A DNA stretch of 50,759 nucleotides from Escherichia phage MikeNSara. The notes under the pieces were generated by a model. It had not been told where the DNA came from, made no database searches, and saw only the letters and a list, made by a program, of their open reading frames with translations. This document shows, piece after piece, positions 47,367-50,759 of this stretch. Every line of letters starts with the position of its first letter. Positions within the stretch are counted from its first letter, which is position 1. The position numbers were made by a program, and so were the translations under genes. The DNA is taken from sequence record OR896827.1; one strand, written 5' to 3'.

Positions 47367-47615
47367 ATGGTTTTTAACGCATTGAAACGACTGTTTAAGC
47401 CGGAATACCGGATCGTATTTTGCCGCGACTGTTCTACTTATCATGTGCAGCGACGCAGCTTAGGCGGCAATTGGCACTATGTTACAGACGACTTTTTCGG
47501 CATCATTGCCACTGAATTTAAGTATTACAGTGATGCTTATATGTACGTGAAGAAGCGCCACCGCTTACGCAAGTGTCGTTTTTCCGTGCTGATTCACGTT
47601 AATGATTGTTACTGA
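47367..47615 (+). CDS. hypothetical protein (Cys-containing, possible zinc-binding)
   Basis: RBS GAGGG; CRDC...HRLRKC pattern. Confidence 0.45.
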   Translation: MVFNALKRLFKPEYRIVFCRDCSTYHVQRRSLGGNWHYVTDDFFGIIATEFKYYSDAYMYVKKRHRLRKCRFSVLIHVNDCY

Positions 47616-47622
47616 GGTGAAA

Positions 47623-47805
47623 ATGAAAACTGGTATTATTATTCTTTTCCTGATCCTTTTCGGTAGCCATTTAACCATTAACTATGAGGGCATTATGGCC
47701 TTTTGGGGCAACTTGATGGTTTTTGCCGCTGGTTCAATTACTGGCTACTCTGACGGGAAAAAGGACGGCGTTCGCAAGATGCTGATGGGACTTAAACAAA
47801 AATAA
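47623..47805 (+). CDS. hypothetical membrane protein
   Basis: Start moved to ATG 47623 (RBS GAGGTGA); two hydrophobic helices. Confidence 0.4.
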   Translation: MKTGIIILFLILFGSHLTINYEGIMAFWGNLMVFAAGSITGYSDGKKDGVRKMLMGLKQK

Positions 47806-47816
47806 GGGGATCTGAA

Positions 47817-48107
47817 ATGGCAAACAAAACTTACCGCAAACTACTGGTTAACGCTTTTGAAAACATCGCGCAGTCTAACAAGTGGAACGACTCTAAACAC
47901 TCGCCAGTCACAATGAAGCGCGTCGGATTCAAAAATGCTCGTTCATGGGCGCGAGCTTTCGCAGCTTGCTATATGCCGGATGGTGGACTAGGAGCGATGG
48001 ACGATTTTTTGATCAACATGATAGAGGAAGCTGCGCGAGAGGATCGACCGCTGACACAGCGAGATTTTGATGACTTCGCGCGCGATGAGCTTTACTATCT
48101 GAGCTAA
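47817..48107 (+). CDS. hypothetical protein
   Basis: RBS AAGGGGA; stop abuts motif 48107..48126. Confidence 0.5.
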   Translation: MANKTYRKLLVNAFENIAQSNKWNDSKHSPVTMKRVGFKNARSWARAFAACYMPDGGLGAMDDFLINMIEEAAREDRPLTQRDFDDFARDELYYLS

Positions 48108-48150
48108 TAGCACTTTTTGTTAAAACTTCCGCAAGGGCATTTGATAAAGT
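48107..48150 (+). promoter_or_regulatory. motif-type promoter cassette
   Basis: Canonical 20-mer, 18-bp spacer, TAAAGT; gene 48183 downstream. Confidence 0.5.
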
Positions 48151-48182
48151 GCCCTTATTGAAGCGAAACAGAGGAAAGCGCA

Positions 48183-48395
48183 ATGAAAATCAAAATCACC
48201 AAAATCGACACCATCAACGGCGACGGATCAATCACTCTTGAGCAATGCGGTTTGGTTGTTGGTGATGTGCTGGAAGTTGATGGACATTTCAGCGACGGAT
48301 CTTATTGTGTTATTGCGCCGCGTAACAGCGAGTTTATCAAGGCTGGCGACAATATTAGTGTTAACCATGACGAATGCGAGGTAGTAGAAGAATGA
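48183..48395 (+). CDS. hypothetical acidic protein
   Basis: RBS GAGGAAAG; downstream of motif promoter; net strongly acidic. Confidence 0.5.
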   Translation: MKIKITKIDTINGDGSITLEQCGLVVGDVLEVDGHFSDGSYCVIAPRNSEFIKAGDNISVNHDECEVVEE

Positions 48396-48655
48396 TCACG
48401 ATTAACCTGTCAGAGCAGCAAGCGCGCATTATGTTGTCGGCCTTCGGTTGGCGAGACAATGACGGTTTACAGGCCACAGTTAAAATTTATGAGCCAGTGG
48501 CGCGTGAGGTTTTCAGCCAGCTAGAACACGCATTTGATCCTGCTGGGACTGAGCAAGCGGAAACTGCCGCATGGTTCGGAGAGAACGGATACAGAGATCA
48601 GCAAGTCGAAAACTGGAAGCGCATAAACGAGACTATGGAGGAATCAGGTTTATGA
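48392..48655 (+). CDS. hypothetical protein
   Basis: ATGA overlap with upstream stop. Confidence 0.45.
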   Translation: MITINLSEQQARIMLSAFGWRDNDGLQATVKIYEPVAREVFSQLEHAFDPAGTEQAETAAWFGENGYRDQQVENWKRINETMEESGL

Positions 48656-48966
48656 TTTACATTCACTACTACCAAATCGGAACTAACGAGAACAAAAAAG
48701 AGCATCGTTTCATCCACGATGATTTGGACAAGGCAAAGGCCCAGCAACAGGTTTTAGGCGGCGTCATTCAGGCTTTTGAGCCTGTAGAAGATATTGAGTA
48801 CCGCGAGCATTTAAAAGATGTTGTTATTGATGAGATCTCTTGCTTGATTGATGATATGACAAATCACGGCCCTGGTTCCCCGTGGGAAGACGCAGGATCT
48901 GTAACGTGGGACAAGGCCAAAATTAAGACGCTAAACAACTTTCGAGAGATTCTCGACGGTTTTTAA
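48652..48966 (+). CDS. hypothetical protein
   Basis: ATGA overlap; RBS GGAGGA. Confidence 0.45.
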   Translation: MIYIHYYQIGTNENKKEHRFIHDDLDKAKAQQQVLGGVIQAFEPVEDIEYREHLKDVVIDEISCLIDDMTNHGPGSPWEDAGSVTWDKAKIKTLNNFREILDGF

Positions 48967-49036
48967 TTAAAAACTCATAGCCGTTAGAGCGCCTCAATCG
49001 CATTCTAACGAGCTATTTTTCTGGTAAGGTGATTTA

Positions 49037-49165
49037 ATGGATGAGTACAAACAACCTTCGCAGTGGTGCAAAGAGAAGCAAGAAGAGGCACTGGAGCGCG
49101 GAGATGTGGAAGAAGCTATGAACTATTTCAAACTTGCGGAAGAATGGAAGGGGAGAGGATACTGA
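49037..49165 (+). CDS. hypothetical small protein (42 aa)
   Basis: Not in ORF track; RBS AAGGTGA; stop overlaps next ATG. Confidence 0.3.
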   Translation: MDEYKQPSQWCKEKQEEALERGDVEEAMNYFKLAEEWKGRGY

Positions 49166-49395
49166 TGTTCGGCATGAATGAGGCGCAATTCAACGCAGCT
49201 AAACGCCAGGCTAAAAAGTGCGGCGAGGCGATGAAAGCGGATGTGGAAAAGCGCGGGAAGTATGTTGATGAAGTAATGAAGGGCATCATTGCAGAACACT
49301 ACCAGCCAATCGCGCCAATGTTGACGATCACTCAATTCATTTGGCTATGTGGTTACTTGCGTGGACGTTGGGGGAACGCTTTCGACAGGGAATGA
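49165..49395 (+). CDS. hypothetical protein
   Basis: Internal ATG of track ORF 49063..49395 chosen; TGATG coupling. Confidence 0.4.
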   Translation: MFGMNEAQFNAAKRQAKKCGEAMKADVEKRGKYVDEVMKGIIAEHYQPIAPMLTITQFIWLCGYLRGRWGNAFDRE

Positions 49396-49557
49396 TTGAC
49401 AACTCTTTCCTGATTGGTTAGCATGGCGTCGTTTACATAAGAGCGGCTTAGTCCGAACGCGTGACGCGATAGTCACACAACAACGGCGATATGCAGGAGG
49501 TTTTTGCAATGCAAAATAATCCGTAAGACGTATCGCCTTTTTTAATGGAGATTCAAA

Positions 49558-49791
49558 ATGATCAAATACAAATTAACCGTTTCTTTCCGTGATACCGTTA
49601 TTCATCCTTTCTACAATAGCTTTGTTAACAGCTTTACAGTAGAAGTTACAGAGGATCAGCTAGACGGTGACGAAACTTGCATTTCTATTGGAAATGTTGC
49701 TTACCCGATTCACAACATTACCAGCATTAAGCGTGAGGTTGTCGCTGATGAATTACAAAGTGAAGATGACGATCCGGCGAATGGGGCGTAA
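49558..49791 (+). CDS. hypothetical protein
   Basis: RBS GGAG upstream of ATG 49558. Confidence 0.5.
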   Translation: MIKYKLTVSFRDTVIHPFYNSFVNSFTVEVTEDQLDGDETCISIGNVAYPIHNITSIKREVVADELQSEDDDPANGA

Positions 49792-49933
49792 TTGCCAATC
49801 ATGCAAACAGGAATATGAATGCGTAGTTGATGCTCTTGATGAACTGGAAGCAGTAGCAAAAGCAAAAGAGCAATCGGGCGCTAATCCTGAAACACATCAA
49901 TTTTCAATTAACCTTGTGAGGGCTTTACAATGA
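49781..49933 (+). CDS. hypothetical small Cys-rich protein (uncertain)
   Basis: Internal ATG of track ORF 49667..49933; CQSCKQEYEC motif; weak RBS. Confidence 0.3.
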   Translation: MGRNCQSCKQEYECVVDALDELEAVAKAKEQSGANPETHQFSINLVRALQ

Positions 49934-50154
49934 TCGCATTATCTTTCTGCATTGGTTTTATCATGGCTATCATTATCTTTTCCGTTGTCATGCGCTTTGC
50001 TTATAAGTTCGTGATTAATAAAGGTTGGTACGCTTCTGCCATCTGGAGCGAAAAACAAAAGAAATGGCTTGTCCGTGGTCAATACCTGATGATCGGTAGC
50101 AAGATCCTAAATTCCATTCGAGCCAAAGATGGGAAAGTAAAATATACAGCTTAA
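49930..50154 (+). CDS. hypothetical membrane protein
   Basis: ATGA overlap; N-terminal hydrophobic helix; followed by intrinsic terminator. Confidence 0.45.
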   Translation: MIALSFCIGFIMAIIIFSVVMRFAYKFVINKGWYASAIWSEKQKKWLVRGQYLMIGSKILNSIRAKDGKVKYTA

Positions 50155-50157
50155 AAA

Positions 50158-50183
50158 TCACCCGCCGCACGGCGGGTTTTTTA
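50158..50183 (+). terminator. intrinsic terminator before terminase small subunit gene
   Basis: CCCGCCG-CA-CGGCGGG plus T6. Confidence 0.7.
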
Positions 50184-50232
50184 TTGCCCGTTGTTTGGTA
50201 TAATCAGGCATCTAACCAAAGGAGGATTAACA

Positions 50233-50759
50233 ATGGCTAAAAACGTTGAGCCTGCTGTAAAGGCATTAAATTTCAAAGAGTTATATAATAAAACCTATGG
50301 CGATATTGTTACGCTAAACAACCGCCACAAGTACACGCCGGAACAGGTTTTTGATATGGCGATCCGCTATTTTACGTGGGCCGAAGAGAATCACATCCAG
50401 GCGGCTGAAACAGCTTCCTTTCAGGGTGACGTGTACGAGAGCAGAGTTTACAAGCCTCGCGTTTTCACGGTTAACGGATTCAGCTTGTATCTCGGCGTTA
50501 CTGAGGCGGCTGTAAGCAAATGGCGTAAAGAGCCTGGATTCTGCGATGTGATGGAGTTTGTTGATAAAGTAATTTACGAGCAAAAATTCCAGCTTGCGGC
50601 AAATAACATGATTAACGCTGGATTTATCGGTAAAGAGATCGGAGTAGAGAAGCCAGCAACAGTGAGCGTTGAAGCGAGCGCGGCAGCTAATGCAAGCATT
50701 GACGCAGTAACTGCCGATGAGGTGAAAGAGGCTGTGATTGATATTCTGGAGCAACTTTA
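50233..50759 (+). CDS. terminase small subunit (3' end runs off window; closes on base 1 if circularised)
   Basis: RBS AAAGGAGG; open frame from ATG 50233 to window end with no stop; HTH-like segment FTVNGFSLYLGVTEAAVSKWRK typical of small terminase DNA-binding domains; the last two bases TA plus window base 1 (A) form an in-frame TAA. Confidence 0.6.
   Translation, partial: MAKNVEPAVKALNFKELYNKTYGDIVTLNNRHKYTPEQVFDMAIRYFTWAEENHIQAAETASFQGDVYESRVYKPRVFTVNGFSLYLGVTEAAVSKWRKEPGFCDVMEFVDKVIYEQKFQLAANNMINAGFIGKEIGVEKPATVSVEASAAANASIDAVTADEVKEAVIDILEQL

Noticed and set aside
50314-50754. 146-aa minus-strand ORF
   Set aside because: Antisense to the uninterrupted small-terminase-like frame on the + strand, which has a strong RBS and an HTH motif; no RBS of its own.

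Overview
The window reads as a complete or near-complete ~50.8 kb genome of a virulent T1-like (Drexlerviridae-type) siphophage of enterobacteria; no integrase, repressor, tRNA or CRISPR array was found. All calls rest on reading the translated ORFs and DNA by eye; no database search was run and no numbers were computed beyond coordinates. Layout: (1) 1-19.3 kb, + strand late operon: terminase large subunit, portal, Mu-F-like head protein, scaffold-like protein, two paralogous decoration-like proteins, major capsid, neck proteins, major tail protein, G/GT-type chaperone with a -1 frameshift site, tape measure, lambda M/L/K/I/J-like tail tip. (2) 19.3-20.5 kb, - strand: three small genes ending in a Cor-like lipoprotein. 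(3) 21.0-23.3 kb, +: PD-(D/E)XK exonuclease, Erf, SSB. (4) 23.3-25.5 kb, -: tail fibre with C-terminal intramolecular chaperone domain. (5) 25.6-32.3 kb: primase and HTH protein (-), then SF2 helicase, VRR-NUC nuclease, Dam methyltransferase and an HTH-metallophosphoesterase (+). (6) 32.4-33.5 kb, +: lysis cassette of pinholin-like holin, SAR endolysin and unimolecular spanin. (7) 33.6-40.6 kb, -: leftward early block with a P-loop ATPase and a short C5-methyltransferase-like protein. (8) 41.3-50.2 kb, +: rightward early block of about 30 small genes including a HAD phosphatase and a dNMP-kinase-like protein. (9) 50.2 kb to the end: terminase small subunit, which closes on base 1 if the sequence is circularised. 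The most striking feature is a conserved 20-bp element, ATAGCACTTTTTGTTAAAAC, present in at least 17 canonical copies. Each overlaps the stop codon of the upstream gene and is followed by an 18-bp spacer, a TATAAT-like hexamer and then an RBS and gene, so it looks like a reiterated promoter cassette driving most early genes on both strands. Two paralogous AT-rich control regions (~20.7-21.0 kb and ~41.0-41.3 kb) each carry a near-consensus sigma70 promoter.
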